Below are positions 27,451-38,549 of a stretch of 64,000 bases of DNA, piece after piece. Source of the stretch: Raillietiella orientalis. Its lineage: Eukaryota. The stretch is taken from assembly GCA_036172245.1 (NCBI GenBank), contig JAYWIR010000063.1, positions 434,001 to 498,000 of the forward strand. The letters run 5' to 3'. The notes beneath the pieces are model-generated. The model searched no databases. It worked only from the letters and a program-made list of their open reading frames with translations, and was not told the DNA's origin. A program made the position numbers and the translations under genes. The first letter of the stretch is position 1; each line of letters starts with the position of its first letter.

Positions 27451-27582
27451 CTTTCAAAGGTTCTTAAAGAGAAAAAGAATGAGTACGCATATGACAGGAT
27501 TGCCGATTTGTGTCTTCTCTGGCACAACACTTTCAAACAGTGTCCAATAAAGCTGACTCTGATTCATTTTCGGTTTTGAACG

Positions 27583-30109
27583 TTATGTTTTTACTATGTG
27601 TTTTCTAGCATCCAAAGGTTTCAAACTACATAGATTCAGAAATCTCTTCACCATGGTTGTTTTCCACTGCATCAGCTGACTTTTGCGGACCTTCCCAGAC
27701 CACTGCAAATTCCTCCTGATGGTTTGTCCCTGATAGTCACAAAACATGCTAACACATTCCACCAGTTGCTGTAAGAAGGTATCAGGAATCTCATGCTTTT
27801 GAAACACTGGACAATGCAATTTGTGGATAGTTGCACCATTCTTCCAAGGAGAACATTCTTTTACTTGTAATAATTTCAACATGGAGTGCCGACATTGCAA
27901 CAGTTTATCGGTGGGCTGAAAGTGTTCACACACAACATAAACTTCCGAATTTCCTGGTTTACTGCTTGCTGGTTTAAACACTTGCACTTTGTGGAAAGAG
28001 CAAACCAACAAATACATTAAGCATATTGTTTGACACTCGAATGCAGTAAATATTTTCAGAACAAAACATCCTCCCGCTTTAAGTAAATGTATTGCCAAAA
28101 GGGTTTCACAGAATTGTAGCTCATATGTCATTGATTCTTGATTCCCAGGATTTGAACTGCAGTCAATGCTCCCATCTGCAGTAACCTAGGAAAGCCACAC
28201 ACAATACGCAACAGGTGATTCAAGCAAAGTATACCAAGTTTATCTCGCCTATTTCGGAGAGCTGTCCCATGAGTTCCATGAGGTTGGACGGAATTGTAAT
28301 GTCACCTGTTTCATCTGCTCCAAACAACCAGTGATGCCATGTTTTCGCCATAAACCAGCTATCTGATGCAATGCAACTCTCAGTACCTCCTTGATAGAAG
28401 GGATTCAAGCTGGAAGCTCTCCAAATCCACTTGTAGGGAAAAAAATTGCCAAATTATTTTGGAAGAAGCACTTTTGCCTTTACATCCAGTTCTGAACAGA
28501 TATTTGCAAAGTAAGCTGTGTGTGCATTGTGATGAGCTTCAACCTATTTGAATCCTCAAGATATTTGCCAGGAGAGTGTGTTTTGAAAACTTAACCTGAT
28601 GCTGTTGACTGATCAATTTTCATATGAACAGATTAATCAGCAATTCATCAACCAATCTGGTCACTTTCGATTAAAAGGAAAACCTTGCTGTTTCCCTTAT
28701 GGCTATCAACATCGAAGTTCCAATTTTCATATTTTCAAAACTTTGCATCAATCAAGGAAGAAACAACTACATTCCTTGGTGCATAAAACACCTCTAAGGA
28801 TGATTTTACATATTAATTTTAGATACTTATGAAAAGGTGCCAAATTTACAGAATTGTAAGGTGTATCACACAGCATTAATACAAGCAATCCTCATTACTA
28901 TCTCAGTCTACTTATGGAGTAATTTCCTGTACAAATCTCCATGCATTTTCCTTCAATGAATTACATTTCATGTCCGTAGTAACCCCCTATTTCGAATACT
29001 GAGAATTTGACACGAAGTATTTAGTTAAAATAACTCACACCTGTAAAATCCAAATCCTTGCAAGGACATTTGAATGGGAAATATGACAAGGACTAGGATT
29101 CTCAACTACATGCAGATATTGCTACTTTATAAACACAGTTTATAGATACATTAATATAAAGTTTCAAAGTGCAGCTTGTAACTTGAAGCTGTCATAATTC
29201 AGCAGCCAAAAGAGCCCAACTAAGGGTGCTGCTGATCTCATAGTAAGCAATTGTTTTCACAATATAATTTACATTCGAACAAATTAACCAAGCACCTAAT
29301 ATAAAGCATTCAAACAGCAACAAAATCAAATTGCCACTATTGAATAGAAATCCATAAAACCATGTAATCAGGACAGTAAAACTGTAAATGGAATTGCAAA
29401 TGTACAGTAATTACAAGAATGCCTTCGATAAAATAAAAATAAACATACTTTGATGTTTGGGCAACATGTTTTCATATGATGGTTCAGAGCTGTAATGAAA
29501 GCACCAGGAGCTTCACATAAATGCACAGAACAGAATTCGTCTGATGATTCCAAATTATTAAGAATTGGCAAGCGATTTATAATTTCGGTAAACTTACACC
29601 AAGCCTGTAACATAGAATTTTGGAAAGCATGAATACTTCAGAGTAACAGTGGAAATATTGTAACAGACACACCATTTATCATTCCTTTCATAGAAACTTC
29701 ACACACTTACAAGAATCATCAAGGATATTATTGCCTTGCAAATGTAGATGAAAAGTCCATGAAGAAATGAACAGGAAAAACAAAATTCATTCACTACCTG
29801 AGTGCACAATTCAGCACCAAATTCTTGTTTACAAATCTGAATAAGAAGTTTGCTGAAGTGAAGATTATTGGTATGCACATGCCACTTTTCAATATTCAAA
29901 TTGCTTAGATCAGCCTTTACAGCATTTAACTCACTTTTCAACTCCTCAAATACTGGAATCTGAAGTAATGGTTTAATGCATGCATAAGATATCCATGAGC
30001 ATACCTTCCACACACTGTTTGCATTACACTGTGGCAAATTCCAATCTTCTTTCGGGCAATCAAATACATATAGTTTGTTAAATGCATCAGTAACATGAAA
30101 ATATTTCAT
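27583..30109 (-). CDS. CMTR2: Cap-specific mRNA 2'-O-methyltransferase 2 (FtsJ/RrmJ fold), 5 exons, ~406 aa
   Basis: Exons 30109-30005, 29959-29798, 29604-29449, 28429-28235 and 28185-27583, all phase 0. Motifs: ELCTQAWCKF, HLCEAPGAFI, SLNPFY, GADETGDI, VTADGSIDC, GGCFVLKIFT, KPASSKPGNSEVY (K-D-K-E tetrad). Confidence 0.93.
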
Positions 30110-30249
30110 GATTCAACACATCTGGATATGGCAAATGAGGTAAAAATGAAAGATGACTACAAATCAGAAAACAGATTGCTCTCAGATGGTTTATTTCCAA
30201 GTCATATCATTAATTTATGCAAAGAATGTCATGATTGAAAAAACAAAGC

Positions 30250-30289
30250 ATCCAACATAACTTCTTCCACTTTCAAGTTATGTTTTCAT
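30250..30289 (-). promoter_or_regulatory. SECIS element in the SELENOF 3' UTR
   Basis: mRNA sense AUGAA-AACAUAACUU-GAAAGUGGAAG-AAGUUAUGUU-GGAU: AUGA/GA core, perfect 10-bp helix II and apical AAA, ~45 nt after the stop codon. Confidence 0.88.
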
Positions 30290-30335
30290 AATTTAATTTC
30301 CTATCATAACACAGTTCACAAACCTAAAAAGAACT

Positions 30336-31205
30336 TCAATTTTCCAAATGTACTGACAAAAACTCTTTTATCGAATCAGTGTCCCATTTGTCAATTGGAA
30401 GAGTGTCTTTCACCTCACCAGCATCATTGACAAGCTTAAGAATGGGACTGGAACCACGTTTATATGTTACTGCTAAATTTTTGAATTCTTTATGGTGCTT
30501 TCCTTTCACAAAGGCTGCAAAAATAAATTGCGATAAGTAAGGTGCATGTAATAAATCACGCCTTTCAACCAAAGCAAACATTCTGTAACTGCAAGCCCTA
30601 AATTTCGTACACATGCTGCACACTTGTGATCAAACAAACGATGCAGTACACATTAAAACAAAGCATGCAAACGTCTTGTTTTACGTAACCAACAGAGCAA
30701 GCAAAAGCTAACCCACAGAAGCATTCCAAAAAGATCATACCTCCCACATGTGGGTATGCCCTCAACTTTCAGGAACACACTTCAAGAATTGCCCTTGGAA
30801 ACCTCTCAGGTGTTTTTCTCTTATCTTCCTTCTGACAGCATTCCAGACACCGAGGTCTACAATTCAGAACATTGTCATGAAGAGGCTTGGAACCGCGTTT
30901 GTTACACTGGACTCAATTGATGACGAATGAGGACGATGATCAAGTTCAAAATGAAATACTTGCCCAAGTTCTTCCAAGTTCAGATGCTCCAACACGCTGC
31001 ATGATGAACACAACAGATTCGCTTTGTTAAAACCAACCTGCCAACACTCATCGACAGTCAAAGACGAAATGGCCCTCTCAATCTTAGAAAGGAAGGGGGG
31101 GGGAGGGCAGGGGCAATCGCCAGAATATCAGAGGGAAGGGAAAGTGCTACTTACTATATTGGAGAGTACTGCTGAAAATGCCCAGACCGACACCGTGAGC
31201 CACAT
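30336..31205 (-). CDS. SELENOF: Selenoprotein F (Sep15), 4 exons, ~154 aa, Sec at UGA 30771-30769
   Basis: Exons 31205-31155, 31082-30964, 30856-30741 and 30514-30336. Signal peptide, then NLLCSSC..CLECCQ, AILEVCS-U(TGA)-KLRAYPHVGAFV, GSSPILKL, IDKWDTDSIKEFL. SECIS downstream. Confidence 0.95.
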
Positions 31206-33099
31206 CTCCCTGCCACCTCAGCGCTCGTCCTCATCGCCTCGGCAGAGATTGCCGTGAGCGGTGACCTCCAGGACCGGCGACCTCTTTCTTTGCTCCCCAA
31301 CTTCCACAAAATCCACAACGGTTTCTAACATCGTACTCTAATTCGGGGACAAAAAATCCATCATCTACTTATACTATGGGATATCTATAAGCAACTGAAA
31401 TCGGTATTCACACGGTATTTTGTTGGATGGCCAACTTTCAAATTTGAATATCCCAATTACATGTGCACCAGTAAAAGGTCAGAAGACAACGAATTTTAGA
31501 TGTTCTGGCTTTCCAGAACAAGAAGAAAGAGTTTTATCGAATTCTTCCATTCAACTTCACTTCTAAGGTGCTCAGGGCTGCTGACAATGTCAAGTGGGTT
31601 ATGCCATTTTATGCTTTCTACCAGATAAAGTCAACCCAAATAGGATTGTAATGGACATATCTGGGAAACGAACACTCTATCCACAGAATGGCCTGATCTT
31701 GATGGAGAATAGCGTCCCTGCTCTGACTATTGTCACCTGTAATGTCACAGACGTACAGTACACGTCATTCTGTCCTCTAAATCAGAGCACAGAAGAAAGT
31801 AGCCATTCCTCATTTTGTATGGAAATACGCGGAGAGAGTTGTCTTCTTCGATATTCTAGCAAAAAGACGTTTGTTTGTTTTTTTTGTATTTCTCAATGAA
31901 TTTTTCAGCAAATAGCAAATTTAGCATCCCCAATTCTCTCATGTTCTTAAATGTGTCTGAATGCAAATTTCCTGAGATCGCGTCAGAGAAGATATTCTTC
32001 TTGACTCACTTCAGATCTCCTAGCCCACGAAAAAAGTAGACAATCTTTTTTGTTGAGCAAATCCATTATTCGGTGAATACTGGGACATTCGATAGACATC
32101 CGGAGAATCAAAAAGCAAAAGATCATTTCTTTTTTCCAGTGTTTTGGCGCTTTCCGGGAAATTTTTCAGCTTCCATCGCCTTGGTTTGTGTTCCTATCGT
32201 TTCCACCTAGCTGTTGGCTATCCTGAGTCCGCCCGAGCAACCGATTCCGCGTTCTCCTCTCATGGTTGCCGCGTGACAGCATAGAGATCAAAATCCCATC
32301 CCAGCGAGGAGACAAGGTAATCAAAATTACCTCATCCCAGCTTTCGTTGTCCAAAACCCTTTGCGGTCCAAAACCTCTTCACGCAGTATCAGTGCACTCG
32401 GAGGGGCTGACTGCTTTTCTCGAAAGTGTGCTTTCACCGAATGCACTCTTCCCACCTGCACACCAATGAAGAGACACTGGAATGTACCAGGGTTTCACAA
32501 ATGAATCAGCATCCATGAGCAGCATTTGAATTCCCCATTCCTTTTATGTGTCTCCTTTGAAATATTTTGCAATTTCGTTTTTCTCATTTTTGTTCACCTG
32601 TAAATACAAACACTCTTGTAAAGATGGTTTTGAAAGCATTCTTCTAATCGATCGAGCACACGTTTTATTTATCAAATTTCCCAACTGATTTCCTGTCCTC
32701 TTGATGTTTGTTGAGAGCCAATGTAACGCTTTGGCACTTTAGTTGCTGTTCTTGATATTTTTGCTCAGGAGCAATGTGCCAGCAGTGATGTTTTGGTTTC
32801 CTGAAATTTCCCTGTTTTTGTTTTCTTTATCACGACTTCCGTGATCTCACACTTCCTCTGTTTTCATCATCTCCCCCCGTTTATCGTGACTTCAGGAGCA
32901 TTTTCCTGCTGAGGTTGGTTTTTTAACCGCCTAGCGTTCCAAAGATGAATATTTCACCTTTGGCACCATCGTCGTTGGTTTCGGTTTCATCTCCTCTGTT
33001 GCATTGGGGAAGATGAGCAGAAACCATTAGGCACAGCTCATGGCTAGGAGGTTCCTTTGCTTTCTTCCGGTTTCCATGTTTCTACACTGGAAACCTCGC

Positions 33100-34450
33100 C
33101 AATGGTTATGGACAGGAATGGACTACCGTAAAGGTCTCAGTGCCGGAGATACGACAAAACCTTTTCTCGTTGGAGATGACAGAGAATGACGAAAGTTTCT
33201 AGAAAGATGAAACGCACGTTCCATATGGCAGCATGCGGCAGCCGTTTTACGATGGCTGCATCTGGTTTGCTGCCTCATCAAGAAAGGGTGTCCCCGAACC
33301 GACAAGAACTGCCGACGTAGGCGCAGCAAACAGTTGGAATGTGTGCGTGCAATGAACGGAAAGCATTTCCAAGAAGCATGTCCACCGAGCCCAGGCATGA
33401 TCTTGCTAAAATGATGGCAGGACTTTATGGCTTTGCATGTCCGAATTTTAGTTCACGTACGAGACGAAAGAAACTCAAGGATGCGCTTCCCTATGAGATT
33501 CTCCAGACAGCAAGCATGCACAGACCAGAAAACACGAAGGCAAACTGAATGCCAAGTTCGGCATGAAAACCGGGTATTTCTCAAGTGCCAACAACATGTT
33601 TTCCTCAACGGATTTCGGCTAGAAATTCTGGTAGTCCCCTTCTTCGTTCCGTAACTCCTTCTCCCCAGCTTCGATGCGATGTATGAACCAAACGATAATT
33701 AAGAATTGGCACATCTGAAATGCCTGGAAAAAATGAGACAACACGAAGGGAACGCGCTGGGTGCAAGCAGAAATGAGGTCTTCATTGCCCCGCTGACACC
33801 CCGATGCCTCCAAGGGCGCCGTAGGGGCGCAAAAGATGGGAGCCTTACGGTCTTCCTGTGGGGGCAGTTGGCGTCTCTCGAGCTGCTGTGGGTCAGCGCT
33901 TGCCGGCTGTGCTGTCGTATTAGGAATCGGTATGCTGCTGCCATGGCAGCATACCGATTCTTTTGGAACACCGTGTTTCCTTTCTTCCCATCCAGTTCTT
34001 TGCGCCCAGTGGGTCACCCACGCCCTTCGGCGATGTCAGCATCAGCAACGGGCTGCGCAGCTGGACACGCCTTCACGATGCTCCCCGAGGCCGCGCAGCC
34101 CCTCGTTTTCGAATCGTGGAAGCAAAAAAAAGTGTTCTTCCTTGCTCGAGTGGGAGGCCGAGGAACGACGGCGGTGTCTCAGGCATTCGGGATGGCCATT
34201 CTTTCTTTCTCACGTCCGGACAAATGGAGAGTCGGTCACCCGTGGTGTTCTCGGAAGCAACGGATGTGCACTTTCGTTCCCTGGAGGCCGGTGATTTTTT
34301 TTCGTGCAGCCTTTCTGCCAACCTTTGATCATAATTTTCGTCACAGTTTCGCGAAAGCTTTGCTTGCAAAATCGTGTGCAACTTTTCCGCTCCACATTTG
34401 CCGTGTGTGTTCCCCAAAGTTGGTTGATAGGTGTTGGCGGTATTCATTTA
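33100..34450 (+). mobile_element. Degenerate LINE 3' portion
   Basis: GC-rich block with AGLYGFACPNF (GGLGLP-like) near 33415-33450 and HPWC..EATDVHF (zf-RVT-like) near 34235-34275. Boundaries approximate. Confidence 0.3.
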
Positions 34451-34591
34451 TAGTGTGGAATGGGAATTTTGTGACTCCTGTGCTTATCACTGTAATTTGT
34501 ACATGCGTGTTCCTACTTCTCCAGATTTAAATACAGTTGGAGTTCCAGTTTGACCGTTTGTTTTTCAAGTCCATTCATTGAACTCGGAAAA

Positions 34592-35207
34592 ATGTCATCA
34601 AGAAAGACTGCTACACGACGGTTGACCACCAAGAAAAGAGCCCAGAGAGCCTCTTCTAATGTGTTTGCAATGTTCGATCAAGCACAAATTCAGGAATTCA
34701 AAGAAGCCTTCAACATGATTGATCAAAACCGGGATGGTTTCATTGACAAAGAAGATCTCAATGATATGCTTGCTTCCTTGGGTCTGCAAACTTTTATACA
34801 GAGAAATTTGAAAGTAAAATGTTTTAGGTAAAAATCCAACGGATGAATATCTTGATGCTATGATTAACGAAGCACCAGGATCCATTAATTTTACAATGTT
34901 TGTAACTATGTTTGGAGACCGCTTGAAAGGCACTGATCCGGAAGAAGTTATTAAGAATGCATTTGCATGCTTTGATGAAGACAATACTGGATCTATAAGC
35001 GAAGAAAAATTGCGAGAATTGCTGACAACCATGGGAGATCGATTTTCTGATGAAGATGTAGGTAGAATTGGGATATGTTGATATTGCTACCATCATGTCT
35101 AGGTTGATGAAATGCTTCGTGAAGCACCAGTGAAAAACGGAATTTTCGATTATTTAGAATTCATTCGTATCCTTAAGCATGGGGCTGTGGATAAAGATGA
35201 GCCATGA
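34592..35207 (+). CDS. mlc-4: Non-muscle myosin II regulatory light chain (mlc-4/sqh-type), 3 exons, 174 aa
   Basis: Exons 34592-34781, 34828-35057 and 35103-35207. Translation: [69 protein letters not shown]. Confidence 0.95.
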
Positions 35208-37445
35208 TTATTAAGAACTTGGATTTGGAATTTCACCTGAGGATGAGTAATGACAGTGGGTCTGCTAGCTTTGGAGGGATTGCTTTCCTAATTCATCTTA
35301 TGGGTCTGATCCCTAGAAAACAAGTGCTAATACCTTTAATAAATAAGATTTTTATTATATTTCTGTTTGAAAGCCATCTTAAATTATATATCACTTCATA
35401 AGTAGGTAGTTATGTCCTTTGTAATTTTCACTGATGCAGAAGGTCAGTGAGCATAAAGGAATCTTTGATTTGTTATTCCACTTCACCTTGTCGCAGTTTG
35501 AAGTTGTCTACATTCAGAACGTTCAGATGGTTCTTCTTGGAAATTTGAAAAGGAAAGAAGAAGAAGAAAAAAAAAAGCTGAAATCCACATTGTGTTCCTT
35601 GGATTTGAATTTCCTTGCATATTTAAGTTGAAGTATTCCTTGGGTTTGATAAGGTTTATTTCAAGATTCTTTGTTTGTGTTATAACATTCATCTTCCAAA
35701 ATGTGATTCCAATAGTACAGGAATGAATAAAATGACATACTTGCAATTGTTTTGAAATTAAATGGTGTGCTGAAATGAAGTATACAATTTTTAATGAACC
35801 CTGAAATTTTATGCCATTTTGAAATGCAAGGTAAAGTTGTTCATAGTATTCTTGCCTGAACTCTGGATGGTAGTGCTGCCAAACAGGTGTAAAGAAAGTT
35901 GTTTATACTCTTTACTTTGTTCCACTTTCTTCTTTAAACCCTGCTAATGGTCAGAATCACAAATTTTGCCAAGCATTTGATTCAAATCATGAACATTATC
36001 AGGAATCTAATTCAATATTATGAAAATTTTTATAATAATCTACTCAAGTGGATGAATGAAATCTTTGGTAAGGTTATGACTAAGAACACATTTGATTAAC
36101 ATGAGACATGCACGTTTGGAAAGCAAGTTTCAAGCATGAAAGGTATTAACGTGTTTATAGATTCGGCTAAGCAAAAAGTAACTGGGAAACCAAATGACAT
36201 TGCATTTTAAGGGACTCATCAGGAAAACCAAATGATGTTTGAAACAAATTATGGCACATGTGCCATGATTTGTTTCTGTGCCATCTGAATATGTGCTTGG
36301 GATTATTTAACTGCAGCTACCAGTTTAAACATCTCGCCAAAAATGTTCATTGTAAAGGATCTGCACAAGAAATATCCAAACAATCCTTTTATGTTATAGA
36401 ACACTAGCAAGGTTTCTTCCCATATGAAAGTTTTGAACTGTCCTTTTAATAATCCTGATTAATCAGTGCAAATAAAATATTTTGAAGATCTGTCAAATAG
36501 CTGTAAATTACCGACGTGAAAACTTTCCCAGCGGGCTTGGGATGGTCTGTTTTTTTACATTTATCTGGAAAGTGAAGAAAAATTGATGACAATTGCAAAC
36601 TATTCTTGATTTTCGGAGGACCTTGCTAAGCGGCATGCAAACCGAATAAATATCAACGTCCTTGGATACCAAAAATTAGAATTTCATGCCAGCTTTCCAT
36701 ACCCTTCAACTGCGGAAAGCCTTGGTATGATGGAAAGCCTACCGACGATCAATGGAGAAACCCGCGCAAGGAGAGGAAAAAAAGTGCTTTGAAAAATGTC
36801 GCTTTCAATTCGATATTTCGGGCGTTTCATCAAAAGGTACTCGGGCGAGTGTGGCGGTTTTCCAAGTTGTTTTTCTCGTTCAATTGCACCAGTCTTCGGT
36901 GCCAGGTTCAGGTTCCTCCTTCAGCAGTGGCGCAGCAAGCCTGAAAGAAGGCTCACCACCGCGTGCCAGGTGGTGAGCGCGCCTGCGCCATGGGATGCGT
37001 GGGACAGCTCACCCTACTCTCATTTACACGGCGAGGGCCCGCTGAGGCGAGCGTCCAAGAACACCCAAGAAGCGAACACCGACACTCTCTTCGAGGCGCG
37101 ACACTTCGTACATCCAGCCGCGAGGCGCTTTGCTCAGGAAGCCGTTGGGGCTGCCTGCGCACCAACGGCTGAGATGAAATCTCAGCTCCACCCACAGGTC
37201 TCCCCTTATTTCTGAGGATTCTGGTGTCTTTAGGGGAACCAGCTGCATCTGCTCGAACTGAAGCCTCGACTCCAGGAAAGTGGTTTCTCCCTTTTCCCCG
37301 GGCGGCCTTTCCTTCCAGATGAGTCTTCCTGAAACTACGCGCTGCCGTTCTTTCATTCTTCGAGAGTCAGATCATCGACCCCAGACAAATGTATTCATTC
37401 ACACCAGGATGCACGGTTTCGGGAGAATCAGAAGTGGTTCCTGGT

Positions 37446-38549
37446 TCAGGCGTATTTCGTCTCCAACTCATCTCGAAGGGCACTCAGTTCCTCATCGGTT
37501 ACGGTCATCACTGCGGGACTCTCCCAGCGGAGGCTGGCGAACGACTTGCACAGTCTTTCCCACTCCACGCTGTAATCGTTCTTCGACTGCACATTCTTCC
37601 TGGAAAAGTACGGCGACTGAGCCAATTTGGAACGGGGATGTACGCAGTAGATGTAGCATCCCAGCCTTCCCATGAAGGAGTTTGCAGTGCTGTCCTGCAA
37701 TTTCGATCTTCTCTTGCCGGTGAGTTGCCGGGCTCGCAGGTGGAAGGAAGGCCGATCACTCCGTATCCGCTTCAGTACTTTGGGCAATCTTCTCATGTTC
37801 TTGAGGTTGGGGCAGTAGCTGGCGAGTGGAGAGTGGAGTAGCATTTTGTATGCCTCGAAGCACACGGAGTGCGCATGTGTGCCAGCGGGATCCGTTGCAA
37901 ACAGGAAGTTCGTTCTAAAAGGCAGCGACGAAGTTACACGCTCTCGTCCATACACCGGGAAAGTGTTTGGCAGATTTGTATATCCAGCTTGCGATAATAT
38001 GTAAATAGTACTCGAGTAATGTCCCAGTTCAAAAGCAACCCTGAGTAGACTGTCGACGTCAGCCGAAGGCCAGTACTTCTTTATGAATTGTCTCACGTAT
38101 CCGCTCCCTTTTCCTGCCTGTTCGACATGGCAGTTCGTTGCCCAGAAAGATACTTTGGTAGCGATCATCAGGTGTGTAGCTCTCTCGCACGTCCCTGGAT
38201 CCAGTATGTCTTCGAGTGTCTTTGCGTCTTGGCGTGAGAGCTGCTTGGAGCCCCTCACATATTTCCAATCGCCGTCGGGTACTAAACTGGATCTGAACTT
38301 CCTGGTTCGCACAAACCCATACAGAAGTATTGCGTAGACTCCGTTAATGAAGACGGTCCGAGCGACACCTGTGTATTTTGTTCTGTACAGTGCCCATAGC
38401 AACGTATGCGAAAACATTTTCGATTGCGATGCCTTTTCCTTCCTCATTATTGGTAGTTTGTCTTCTTCATAGAGCTCAGGGTCGAGGGCGGTCGGTTTAG
38501 CGAGCTCAGTCACGTGGGCTAGGCAGGGATCACGTAAGATGAGTGACAT
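37446..38549 (-). CDS. Intronless 367-aa ORF resembling a qinvirus-like (negative-strand RNA virus) nucleoprotein; candidate endogenous viral element
   Basis: Longest uninterrupted ORF in the window, with globular composition. Motif order ATKVSFWATNCH, GHYSST, PAGT, FHLRARQLTG, GRLGCYI..P.SKLAQSP, DY..EWE matches my recollection of Qinviridae segment-2 proteins. Not verified by search. Confidence 0.6.
   Translation of the reverse strand: MSLILRDPCLAHVTELAKPTALDPELYEEDKLPIMRKEKASQSKMFSHTLLWALYRTKYTGVARTVFINGVYAILLYGFVRTRKFRSSLVPDGDWKYVRGSKQLSRQDAKTLEDILDPGTCERATHLMIATKVSFWATNCHVEQAGKGSGYVRQFIKKYWPSADVDSLLRVAFELGHYSSTIYILSQAGYTNLPNTFPVYGRERVTSSLPFRTNFLFATDPAGTHAHSVCFEAYKMLLHSPLASYCPNLKNMRRLPKVLKRIRSDRPSFHLRARQLTGKRRSKLQDSTANSFMGRLGCYIYCVHPRSKLAQSPYFSRKNVQSKNDYSVEWERLCKSFASLRWESPAVMTVTDEELSALRDELETKYA

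Noticed and set aside
33706..34530. 274-aa ORF as a host gene or 5' extension of mlc-4
   Set aside because: No domain; lies in probable LINE remnant; mlc-4 has its own complete N-terminus.
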